Source of the DNA: Balanoglossus misakiensis
Taxonomy: Eukaryota; Animalia; Hemichordata
Length of the DNA stretch: 64,000 nt
Direction: 5' to 3'
Assembly (NCBI GenBank): GCA_040954595.2
Contig: CM082590.2
Location: 682,001-746,000 of the forward strand
The position numbers and the translations under genes were made by a program. A model generated the notes under the pieces. It had not been told where the DNA came from. It was given only the letters and a program-made list of their open reading frames with translations, and did not search any database. This document shows positions 1 to 11,414 of this stretch, in pieces (the stretch's first letter is position 1; every line of letters begins with the position of its first letter).

Positions 1-249
1 TGAACGTTAATCCATAAATGGAAAATGCCTCGGCTTTTCGGCGATCGAGAGAACCTTCTGAATGTTGGTGGCAGACAGAAGTGTTGCAGACCTGGCAAAC
101 CGTGAATGGTTTGAAAACCACTCGCGTCCAGTGTGATTGACTTCACAATGGAAACTGACCAAAGATAATGGGCTATTCCTCATAAACATAACCAAAAGTC
201 ACAGCAGGGTGGTGTATGGCAAGCCTCAGGGGTCTTAAGTATAGCAATA

Positions 250-371
250 GTAGTATATAATGTTGAAGTAGTACGATTATATTTTGATTCGTTAATATAT
301 TATAAATAAATAGTAGTATATAATGTTGAAGTAGTACGATTATATTTTGATTTGTTAATATATTATAAATA
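250..371. repeat. Tandem duplication of about 61 bp
   Basis: tagtagtatataatgttgaagtagtacgattatattttgatt.gttaatatattataaataaa occurs twice in a row. The motif aatgggctat...aaaagtcac.gcagggtgg also recurs near 167 and 482. Confidence 0.8.
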
Positions 372-870
372 AACTTGACTCTATTAATGGTAACACTGTG
401 TATATTATGAAAAGCTACAAGTTTATTATAAGTGGACATTATTATTTTATTCTAAAAGCTTATCCATTAATTAACTAAGACAATGGGCTATACCTAATAA
501 ACATACCCAAAAGTCACTGCAGGGTGGCGCTTTTGAACGGTGTTTGTTTATCTTTGCGTTCTCACTGACTATTTGCGTCAGAGCGCTGGCCCAGCACTGG
601 CCCTGACCCACCACCCATCGTCGTCACACACCGGCCCAGCACCGGTGTAAAGCGTTCTCACTTGTTTTTTTCCGTCAGTGTCAAATCTACACCGGTGTAG
701 CACCGGTGTAAACGTGCCAGTGAGAACGCCCTATAAGCTTTTACTTTGTGAGTGTGCGTGTGTGTGGATACAAAGCAACTCAAAGGATATATCCTCTGTG
801 TTTACAAATGGCAATAAGTGTCTCCGAAACATTTCGAGTTTAACCCAGTGTGAACCTGGTATAATTCTGA

Positions 871-972
<102 letters not shown>

Positions 973-1680
973 GTCAATGTTGCTGTCAACCAACCTACCA
1001 ACCAATGAACATAGTCCTAACATCAAACTTGTGCTGAGCACCAGTCTCCACAAGAAAAGGGGAATGTTATTGACTGATGTGGTAGCTGTTTTATTCTTTG
1101 TAGTTCCAACATCAAATAAAAAAAAGTTTTATGTAAATTGAAGCTCAAATTGTTTGCTAGCCCCATCACCCCCAGAAACTGGATATAGTAAATTCCCTCC
1201 TGTGGACTGCTGGGTCTAACAACTATTAACTGGGGGTGAGCAGAGTAAAAGCTGAGTTTCGAATACATTTACATTTCTTAAAATGTCAGACGTTTTTTTT
1301 CTTTCTTTCCAGTATGTCAGCTTTTTTTTCCAGAAGTTGTAGTAAACACGGAAACCTGTTGTACGCCGTTCTCATTTTATGTTATTTTGACAAAGCATTA
1401 CTTTATGTTTTTAAGTTGTTGTATACATACTGTCATGTATACATGGAGTTGTGGCCTTTAGATACTTTGCCAAAAAAAAACTTGTCGTTGATAGCCATGT
1501 CTGCCTGCTGTAAATAAAGGTATGGTCCCCTCTATGTTTAGTGATATCATCTATATTATCTACATACAAGATAGTATGTGCCTCGGGGACAGATCCTTAG
1601 ACCTTTCAATTCTTTCTTATGTAAAGAGTGTGAGGAGTCATTTTGAAAACAAAGATGAAAACATGCTGTTCACTGTCTTT

Positions 1681-3447
1681 TTAGGTCCTATTTGGTTATG
1701 TAATATACCATGGGACCTTATGGAATCAGTTGCGTCTGTATGTATGTATGTATGTATGTCCGTCCGTCCGTCCACATCAAAAACTTGAAAACCTCTCGGC
1801 GTGTAATGTCGATATTTGGTGTGCAGATGCATTATGGCCGGTAGATGAGAGTTTGTTCAAATGAAGTTGTCATTGCCAAAACTGGCCAGTGGTCATTGAT
1901 TTGAAAATTGGTATGCATGTACCTTATGATAACAATACACAGTTCTGTATGTTTTGAGCTAATAGTGTGAATTTTCTATTTTTTGTGCATTTTTTGGCTT
2001 TTTTCAGATTTTTGGTAAAAAATCTACTTTTCTGGAATCGATCAGCCAACTCCTTCGACATTTACTATGAAGCTTCATATATGTGATCTGAGTTACCATA
2101 GTTTTGTTTAAATTGTTGCAAAATGTTCATATTTATAATTTTTGCCTTATTTGATCAATTTTTCTATAAAACCGCTTGTCAGATTGCATTGAAATTTGTT
2201 CCTAGGGGTACCCAAGTAAGATTTGCATGTATGTTTTTCAAATCAATGTGATGAATTCAATAGTATACAGTGTTCTCCCCAGAAATTTTTTATAGGATAT
2301 TGCATAAATTTACATAACAATGAACATGTTGAGATTGCTTTTTTACATTTCTATGAGTAGAAATGGCAGTAAACAATATTTAACATGGCATAAAAAACAT
2401 TCAAAAGGAATATTTTGCAAAACTTCAAAATCAAGTTACATCATCTAAGGCCTTCTGATGGTATGTTGTACTGCCCACACTGCCAGCAGCTACACGGCTT
2501 TAGCTTTGCACCTGTGGTTGAGTAAATACCGCACGCTATCGCTGAGGTGAAGTGTCAAGTAAAAGTAGTCGCTGGCCGATCAATCGACTTGGCTGTGAAC
2601 ACACAGAAATTAGCACCATGCAAACCCCCAGGTTTCGAAAGACAGATCAAGTTGTAATAAACAGACTTTTACTTTGAACATAATAAACATGTGGACATCA
2701 GAAGCAACTACCTCTACCATGCATACATAATACTGCGTCTCGATCAGACTGCATGCACGGAAGACGTGAACAAATATGCCGGCCACCATGTACCAGCTGA
2801 CCCCACGACGGCGCGATCTATTCCTCTCGCAGTTTACTAGCGAAAACTTTAATCCATGGCTCGCATACTTATACTTGAAATTTGATTTGAAGGTTCCTGG
2901 GTGAGTTCTCATGATGATTTACAAAACCCATGATTAAATTGTCAATGTTTTTTGGGGGCAATATCTAGTATTTTGGGGGCATATTTTCGAATTTTGGTAA
3001 AAAAATTCTGTGTACACTGTATAACTGATAACTTTAAAATTTGAGTTGAAAGTTAATGGGATTGGCTTCTTTAGAATTATTATGAAATCATATCATAGGT
3101 AATTTGGAACGTCTATATTTTGCAGGATATTTTGTCTTATACCACACAATTTTTTTTATCTTATCTCACAAAGAGCAATTACCACTACATAGTTCTTTGT
3201 AATAAGAGAGAACCCCTACTGACATTTGTAAACACAGCAAATTCCTGCATGTTTACATAACTGGCTAACTATTAAAGAGATCAGCTGTTCTATTTGGTGT
3301 ATGTACAGCACACATGCCATTGCCAACTTATGGGGCAGTCAGTGTTTGCCTGTGACTGTGTGTCTATCTGTCTGTATATGTACTCCAGTGTAGACTTTTT
3401 CTGTGTAATCCCTAAATAGGACCACCGTGTCCTTGACGCGAATTTTT
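1681..3447 (+). mobile_element. Helentron-associated non-autonomous element (HINE/DINE-1-like), family B
   Basis: 5' subTIR ggtcctattt, (TATG)n(GTCC)n microsatellite at about 1738-1772, 3' subTIR aaataggacc plus short hairpin cgtgtccttgacgcg, T-rich flanks. Confidence 0.7.
2268..3019. mobile_element. Putative non-autonomous DNA transposon nested in the HINE
   Basis: Imperfect termini cagtgt...cagaaattttttt and aaaaaattctg...acactg, with TA(TA) on both sides. Confidence 0.4.
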
Positions 3448-3603
3448 CAAAAAAACCAATGCTTTCATGTTTCTCTGTAGAGTTATAAAATACAGAAGTT
3501 GGCGGCCATTTTGAATTTCAAGTGTTAGACAATTTCGTTCTCTCATAAAAATGTTGCAAAGTGATCCCTGATGATTCTAAGTTTTAAGAAAGAATAGTGT
3601 TAA

Positions 3604-3949
3604 AGGGACAAAGTCTCTCTCTCGCTGCCCTTTTTCCATTAATTATGTTTGATACAAGACACCGTTTGTTATTCTACATGTGGATATATAGTGAATGAAC
3701 GTTCAACCACACACAACTTCCATCCCTCTTATAGACAGGAGAGTGAAAAAACTCGCCAAAATGAATAATCGTTCTTTACCATTTATTCATTTGGGGCGAG
3801 TTTTTACTCTCATATCATACAAGTGGGATGGAAGTTGTGTGTGGTTGAACGTTGATTCACTATATATCCACATTAACATTAACATAACCAGTGTCTTGTA
3901 TCAAACATAATTAATGGAAAAGGGGCAGTGAGAGAGAGACTTTGTCCCT
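3604..3949. mobile_element. Fold-back MITE, Kolobok-like
   Basis: TTAA at 3600-3603 and 3950-3953, termini AGGGACAAAG/CTTTGTCCCT, and an almost fully palindromic body with arms of about 165 bp. Confidence 0.8.
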
Positions 3950-4283
3950 TTAACTTTTATTCAGCAACATATGAGAAAAAGTCGATTTTTCAGGCACGTA
4001 CTACCACAAGAAAATAAAAGCACCGTATGAAAACAAAGTGCTTTGTTGGTCTTTTAGATACACATCATTGCATGGAAGGAGTGACATATTTCTCAAATCT
4101 ACATACAGTGATGTCATAGCTTTGTGAGATCTCCATATTGTGATGTCATAGCTTTGTGAGATCTCCATATTGTTATGTTCAAAGTCGCCGGTGAGGAGGA
4201 AATTGAGACTTTCAAACATGATCATCCATCTGGTTGATCTTTGTATTTTTGTAAATGGATGCAGAATTCAAATTGCATATACT

Positions 4284-5590
4284 TTAACCCTTTCACCACA
4301 ATGGTTCAGTTTAAACCCATTGTTTACTTACATTGGTAAGGTTGGACCTCCAAAGAGGGAACAGGGTTGGTGGGGGGGGGGGGGGGGGGTGAAAAGGGTA
4401 AAACCTGTCTATTCCGAACTCTGTCTAATCTTACCCTTTTCCAGTCTCTATTCACATAGGCCTCTACATACCAAACAATTTCTTCACTCCAGTTTATTGT
4501 TTGTTTGGCAGACTTGGGTGCCCTGTTTAAAGAGGTTAAAGGTATACGATCACCTACGCAAATTTAGCTACAGTTACCATGGTAAATTGAGATCTAGCCA
4601 AAAACAGATTTTTAGTGGGTGGCACACATGAAAAAGAGAGTGTTACCATGTGTTCTTTAGAACAATCAGATATGTCGTTTTAGCCATTTATGGACATATG
4701 TAAATTGGAGGTGACCGTGTACCTTTAACATGTTTTATATGAAAGATGCTGCAAAATGTGTTTGGTACACAGGTTTCCAGATAAGACAGGGTTCAGTTTA
4801 TACTGGTTTTACTGTACCACCTGTTTGTTGGTGTTATTTTGTAGTATTTTTTAGTATTATGTTGAATAGATTCAGTATTTTTCTTTGAATCACAGTAACC
4901 CTTCCACTACCTTGGTTTGGTCCAAACCCTTTGTTTTCTATGGCAAAGTTGGACCTCTATACAGGCAAATGGGGTGAAAGGGTTAAACCAGACAGTTAAC
5001 TTTCACACCTCGAAAAGTAAAATAAACTTGTCAATAAACGCAAACACTTGTTATTCTGAGTACTATTGCATGCTTTATTTTCACTGGAACTTATTTTCGC
5101 TGAAATAAAAAAGAAATAATATCACTGGTATTTTTTTTCACTATTCTTGTAAATGTGTGTACAGAATGTGGAAATAATGATTTTCACTAAGAGTTCATTT
5201 AAGCAGAAAAGCACGTCCAGTGAAAATCATTCCAAGTGAAAAATAAAGTATTCCACAGTTTTTTGGGGGAGGGAATGTTTTTTTTGTCAAGCTTGCATTC
5301 CATGAAACATGAACAATACATCATTCAAAAACTCTCACCATGTTGGCCTGTTAAGGTACACTTTTGCAGTGGTATACAGTGTTGTCATAGAGGGAGTAGT
5401 GTGTTAAACCGTTCACCACCATGGTTGGTCCAAATCCATGGTTTTCCACGGTCAAGTTGAACCCCTAAAGAGGGAAACAGAGGTGAAAGAGTTGAATCCC
5501 CAAGAGCTGCTACTTTGTGCATCATTTTCCGGATTTTACTTTCCAAAGAAAAGACTGGATTTGAACTGGACCATAGTGGTGAAAGGGTTA
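4284..5590. repeat. Cluster of short piggyBac-type MITEs (about 4284-4403, 4896-4986, 5404-5590)
   Basis: Related units of 90-190 bp beginning (T)TAACCC(T/G)TT(T/C)CAC and ending GTGAAAGGGTTAA. Confidence 0.55.
4540..4724. mobile_element. Kolobok-like MITE
   Basis: TTAA flanks, TIR aggtatacgatcacct / aggtgaccgtgtacct. A related left end occurs near 57196. Confidence 0.7.
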
Positions 5591-5731
5591 AAGGATAGGG
5601 AGAAGATCTGACATATTTCATTGTAGAAATTTGGCAGCTCTGGGGCTTTAATGGCTGGAAAGGGGACCTACCTCTGAGAGAAAAGCACATATTGACAGGT
5701 ACTTGAAACCTACTATAAAAAATCAAATTAA

Positions 5732-6460
5732 GGTGGCATTGCATGAAACCGTCGAGACTTTTTCAGAGGCCTATTTCTCATCAAAGACAACGTTAAAACC
5801 CCCATAAACCATATATATTCTGGAAGCTGAGTTTTTGAACTTTTGTTTGAGTTGCAAATATTATTGATCCCCGGAAATTGTGGCGATTTTGGGTTAAAAA
5901 AACATTTTTTGATATTATTTCATTAAATTTAAATTAGGTTAAATTGACCATGCATCATGCATCTTAGTATGTCATTCGAAACTAGAGTACGCGTGCAAAA
6001 AAAACGGTAATTTTGTTTTGCGTTATCTGCTTCCATTGAGGAGTAACGGCGTTTGAAAGTTAGATTTTTAGTAAAATTTGATCAAATTCACGGTGAGTTG
6101 TATTGAATCAGAGTTTATTCCCGCCAGGGACATTATCGACTAACAAAAATACCGTTTTGTTGGATGGGTCATACACAATCCCCTGTTAAAATTTGAGCAA
6201 ATTCGGCCAACGCAGAGTGGAGCTAAATTCTTCTGAAGTTGTCAAGAGCAGCGAAAATGCAAACTGAGAAAAACGGCCATTTGCATTGTTGACACCTATT
6301 TGTTAAGCTGTGAACTCATTCAGAAAAGTTCTATTTTTGGGTGATTATGCACCATTTCCGCCAAGACGCATTAGTCAGGATGTGGGTCAGTATTAGGCCT
6401 ACCGATTTATGTAAAAAAGTAAAATTTGGCAAAAATCACAACTTTTCATGCAATGCCACC
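5732..6460. mobile_element. Kolobok-like non-autonomous DNA transposon
   Basis: Perfect 17-bp TIR GGTGGCATTGCATGAAA/TTTCATGCAATGCCACC with TTAA TSD. A partial inverted copy lies at 36610-36994. Confidence 0.8.
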
Positions 6461-6933
6461 TTAACTCAACCATAGTTTACATTGTGCAGTACAGTGCGAT
6501 AAATCTCCACATAATAATATCAATTAAGGCCAATGTACGTCCACTAAACATTTTGAAAGGTAGGCAGCTAAACGGTTATAAAACACACACACAAAATTTA
6601 ACACAAAACAATTTGCCTGCATTGACGTTTTTTTCATGCTATATGCATGTTCCTCTGGTGTTTTGACATGGCCATTTTACATTGCCAAGTGGTTCTTTGT
6701 GCTGTCGTATGACTGCAAAAAAGCTAGCCAGGGTATGGAGACCAGGCTACACAAAAGCAAACGTTGCTACAATATTGTAAGACTGCAAATTAACATACCT
6801 CTTTATGTAGGCCCTTTTGCAATTTGCATGTTAACTATACCTACATCTGTTTTCGAATATAAAAGTCACAAACACGTTTGGAGTGGGTTGCCACTCTACA
6901 ACTCCGACCCGTCTGAGGCTGTTTGTCTTACAT

Positions 6934-6991
6934 TGGTGGCAGCGGTGGGATTCGAACCCACGCCATCGAAATGACTGGTGCCTAAAACCAG
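6934..6991 (-). pseudogene. 5'-truncated reverse-transcribed tRNA-Leu(TAG) with encoded CCA
   Basis: Minus strand CTGGTTTTAGGCACCAG (anticodon arm), long variable arm, GTGGGTTCGAATCCCAC (T arm), CGCTGCCA-CCA. The D arm and 5' acceptor strand are missing. Confidence 0.85.
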
Positions 6992-8012
6992 TCATTAACA
7001 TACCTCATTATGTAGGCCCTTTTGCAATTTGCAGTCTTACAATATGAAAGCCATGGCTTGTTTTTGTGCCACAATATTGCCATGAGGAAAATTTCCCAAG
7101 GAAACTGGTGTGTTTTTCTGAAAAACCTCTGACAACATATGCACGTGTGGACGCAAAAAAAAAATTACTTGCTTTGGCCTAATGCAATATTCAGCTCTAA
7201 TATCCAGAAGTAACAGAGATCACAGTATAACTTTTTTGTGTTTGTGCATATTTTTTGCATAACATGTCACAGTGTTTCATCCAGGATGGCATCAACAGGG
7301 AGATATTTTTGGGGAGATTCCACTCTAGCCAGGGGGGGGGGGGGGGATGTAATATCTCTAGCATGTGAGTGTCATAACTTTAAGGGGCACCGGTCCCCAC
7401 TTGACATATTGCTAGAGGGTGCCAACATGTCAACAAGGGGTCAAGCCCCCAAAATTAACAGGTGCAAGTTGAAAAATTTGCCCAATCCCTGTTAACAATT
7501 ACAAAATTAACTACATCATGCTTAGATATGTATCAGATTTGTTGAAAAGGTTATGTAGCACAAAGAACACAACATCAGTATTTTTAAGTATCTATTTCTG
7601 AAATATATTGTCATCAAACACAAGCTTTTACAATAATTTATTATTTTGAAAGTTAAACTTTTCTTTTTATAGACAATATATTTTCCCCAATAGCAAACTT
7701 AAATTCTGGTAGTAGTAAATTTATTCAAATTTTTATTTTGTACAGAAAATTTTATTTCGTGGTTAATTGTATTAATCTTTTTTATAAGAATAAACTAACC
7801 TTTTCAAGTAAACTTTTGACACATCAAACAAGACATTTGTTTCTCAAAGTCTAGTCTTATTTTGTAGAACAGAAGTAAAATATTCTCAGAGAATCATTTT
7901 TATTTTTTTACAGAAGTAAACAAAAGTTTTTTTCCTTTAGGATAAAATTTATTTCTTTATGGAAAACATGTTTTTTCTGAGCAGTAATTTGAAAAAAAAA
8001 TGGTGTAAAAAT

Positions 8013-9618
8013 ACAAGTGACCTATCGGTCAAAAGAGCTCTGCTGACTTTAACAGTGTAACCAGGGCAATGATATGAATACCCTTGGTTTTAATTCATAA
8101 CAATTGTATTCTATTGAACAAAACCAAACATAGACATCACAAGTATTTATTCAAATTCAACTCGATTCATTGTGCTAAAGAAAGAAAGAATTGAATCCTA
8201 AAGAACAACATCAAAAGGAAGCACCAAGGTTCTAATTTGCATATTTATGACCCCATCATATCCAAATTAACAAAATCAGTTAAGGGCACCATAACACACA
8301 TTCCAACCAAATTTCAGCTAAGGGACCGTTCAGTTTTTACGGCCGGGGGGGGGGGGGGGGGGCGGCAAAATCCAGGGGGGGGGGGGTCACTTAAATTTTG
8401 AAGTCCACAAGGGGGGGGGGGTCATCTGGTTTTTTTAAACGTTTAGGGGGGGGGGTCACATACTTTTGCCACTGAACTTTTGCTTTTGAGTCTACAAAAT
8501 TGCAGTTTCGCACCCTTTATTTTACAAAATTTTCTAATGTGGGAGGGGGACACCCCACACCCACCCCCTTCATTCTCTGCAACATTTTTTGCTGGTTTGT
8601 CTAGTGTACCAGGGCAGAGTGCTTGCCACCCCAACCCCACCGATGATAATATTTAACAAAGTGAATACATAAAGGAGAATAATTGTTTAAACCATTTTGC
8701 ATAACTGATAGTTTCGCACTGCATCTTCTATATATAAATAATGTCATGACGAAGATGACGCCAAATCTTCTAACTTTGAGTGGAGTGGCAAAAAGTAAAA
8801 TTGGTCCTCCCAAACATTGAGATAATTTGCTTTTGAGTTCATTAAAATGCAACTTTGCGCTACATATTTTACAAAATTTTCTTATGTGGGAGGGGGACAC
8901 CCCCTCCCACACCCACTCACTCCATTCTTCGCCACATTGCATTTATTCACTGGTTTGTCTACTGTACCAGGGAAGACATCTTGCCACCCCACCCCTGATG
9001 CTTTCTTTGAGTGGAGTGGCAAAATTAAAAATTGTCCTCCCTAACATTGAGTTAATTTGCTTTTGGGTTCATTAAATTGCAACTTTGAGCACCGTATTTT
9101 ACAAAATTCTCTTATGTGGGAGGGGGTGTCCTCCTCCAACACCCACCCCCTCCACTTTTCTTGTTTTACCGATTCTAGCAACTATTGTATTGACTTGTCA
9201 TTTTAATTTGTTCATAGATTTCTTTATTGCAACAATATATTGTTATATACTTCAATAATACTTTAAGAAATTTATAATTGAGGTGTGAGGAGCCTCATTC
9301 CCTTTATTGCATACAGTGTACATAGGATCAGGACGGCGAATGTTGTCGGCGTGGGGGGGGGGTCATCATATTTTTGGGTCTGTCAAAGGGGGGGTCATCA
9401 TTTTTTGGTCCTGGGTGAAGGGGGGGGTCGGCCTGATTTTGAGAACCGATGACACAAACCTGCCGCCCCCCCCCCCCTGCCGTAAAAACTGAACGTTCTT
9501 TAAATATGCCAAGTTGTTTTAAAGAAGACGATTGAAATACCAAAAGTTGACGGACGACGGACGGACACTTATCAACCTACTGCTACAGCTCGGCAAACAC
9601 AAGTGACAGCAGAGCTAA
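8013..9618 (-). mobile_element. HINE family A, copy 1 (interrupted by a MITE)
   Basis: On the minus strand it starts TTAGCTCTGCTG with a (GTCC/GTC)n microsatellite and ends CAGCAGAGCT, hairpin TGACCGATAGGTCA, CTTGT. Same termini as 31610-43780. Confidence 0.75.
8322..9500. mobile_element. PIF/Harbinger-type (Tourist-like) MITE, copy 1
   Basis: TIR GGGACCGTTCAGTTTTTACG with 3-bp TSD TAA. The empty site tttcagc-TAA-atatgcc is visible in the paralogous HINE near 43655. Confidence 0.8.
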
Positions 9619-10779
9619 CAAGAAATAAAGCAGAAAACTTGAGGGTTTTCTTGAGGATGCAATTTAGTTTCACGGATAATATTCTTGTGTGGGGGCGCAA
9701 TTATCTTCTTGGCTTATCAAACTCTTTCTTTGGGAAGAGTGGAATATTTTTTTCGACAAGCACTAATTTTATTTTAAGGTTGAGATGCACTTTTAATGAC
9801 ACTTGTTTTTAATTGATTATTTCTCCTTATCTTTCATGTTTCCCACCATATTATATATTTTCTGTTAGCTCTATACTATACTAGTTTATAAAAATATGGT
9901 TTATTTTCCAAAATTTGTGTTTTCATTCTCGTTTTGCTAAAAAAATGCACGATTTTAATTTTTTACGCAAAGGAGTGGAAATAAAAAAGACAATGCCTCC
10001 AGGTGATCTGTTACTGGCATATCGAGAGTTGTGTATAGTGAAGAAAATAACTTACCATGGAATTTTTATATTCACTTTTGTTTTTGAGCAATCAGACTTT
10101 AAAGTATCAACTGTCGATTTTTGCATACATTATCGACTTTTGTTCACTTGTGTGGTGATTTCTTTCGTTCTATCAACTTTATTGGTAATCCGATCTAAGT
10201 TTTTGGAGACAGGTATTTTTCCCTTCCTCAGGCCAAAAAAGAACAATCTGTGCACGTGTTGCTAAGTTACACTCTTTTGAAGTTGCACACCTGAGCCCAA
10301 AACCGAACAGAGAAAATCGACAATTTGTGTGAACGGCACTTTCAGTTGGAAAAAAACGATCATTAATAGTACTTACTCACTGTTTTGTTATGTTTTAATG
10401 AAGTAACATAATACTTGAGACTTTAGACCAAGTCATATTCATCTAGAACGTTTTGCAAGTTCATAAATTTGGGGGAAATCGGGGAAACACCAACACCATT
10501 ATTGACAGAGTACAATAATGAGGTTGGTTTGTTTATTCAGCAAACAAGGGACTGTTAATCCCTGCCACTGATAACTTCTCCAAACGACAACTAAGCCTAT
10601 TAAGCATACACTTCTGAAAACACATTTAATCTTGTTTTCTGACTCCCACCATAACATGTTTTTGTAATTGTACATTTGCAGGTGTTTCATTGCCCTATGT
10701 CCGGTCAATAAGTCTGTGCCACGGAGCATGATGATCGAACCCTGATGGAAGCCATAATTGACCATCATGCTCCGCCTTG

Positions 10780-11010
10780 CAAACACATAAATGGCTTTCC
10801 CCAGTTAGCTATACACTAACCGTGCAAAAGTCTGTCTGGTCGCAACAGCTGATCTTTTGCACATTCCTGTGTTAGTTAGTTCCTGTGTCTACACATTTTT
10901 TTTCTGCCGCAACACTGTCCACACAAGTCCTGTCGTCGCTTGAAACCCTTCCCACATTCCATACAGTTGATCAGATTCTTCTCAGAGTGATTTTGTTCGT
11001 GGGAAGATAT
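10780..11010 (-). pseudogene. Decayed C2H2 zinc-finger coding fragment
   Basis: Minus strand reads SHEQNHSEKNLINCMECGKGFKRRQDL, with a frameshifted TGE-linker-like remnant near 10800. The flanking frames are broken. Confidence 0.4.
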
Positions 11011-11414
11011 TTATCTTATGGTGTTTCGTGTCGAGAAAGACTACCTGAAATCATTTTCGGATGTGATGCTCACATTGTCCACGTAATCCTTTGATTGCTT
11101 TGTGATAATCTGCGGGACAGCTGAAGTGGAATTGCTATTTTTGTACACAATCCCAGGCGGTGCACACACACTTTCTACACGAGACTTCCTCCGCTGAGGT
11201 GGACAGACACTGGAATAATAATGAGGATCTGAGTTTCTGGTTGGCTTCTGTCAGTTCCCCCCCCCCTCTGCTACTTTGCCCCTTTGTAACGAGCTGGCTC
11301 AGTAACATTCCACCCTGGGTGGACAACCACAATCTGCTGAGACTGACATGTTACCATGACAATGTGATGTGTTGCAAGGGCGACATGCTATATGATAATG
11401 TTCTTTCTCCACGC

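Noticed and set aside
173-439. ORF with an internal peptide repeat
   Set aside because: It results from a 61-bp AT-rich tandem duplication in the CUL1 intron.
6934-6991. Functional tRNA-Leu gene
   Set aside because: It lacks the 5' acceptor strand, D arm and A box, and it encodes CCA.
7296-7491. CAGGG...CCCTG hAT-like ends
   Set aside because: There is no 8-bp TSD and the inverted match is too short.
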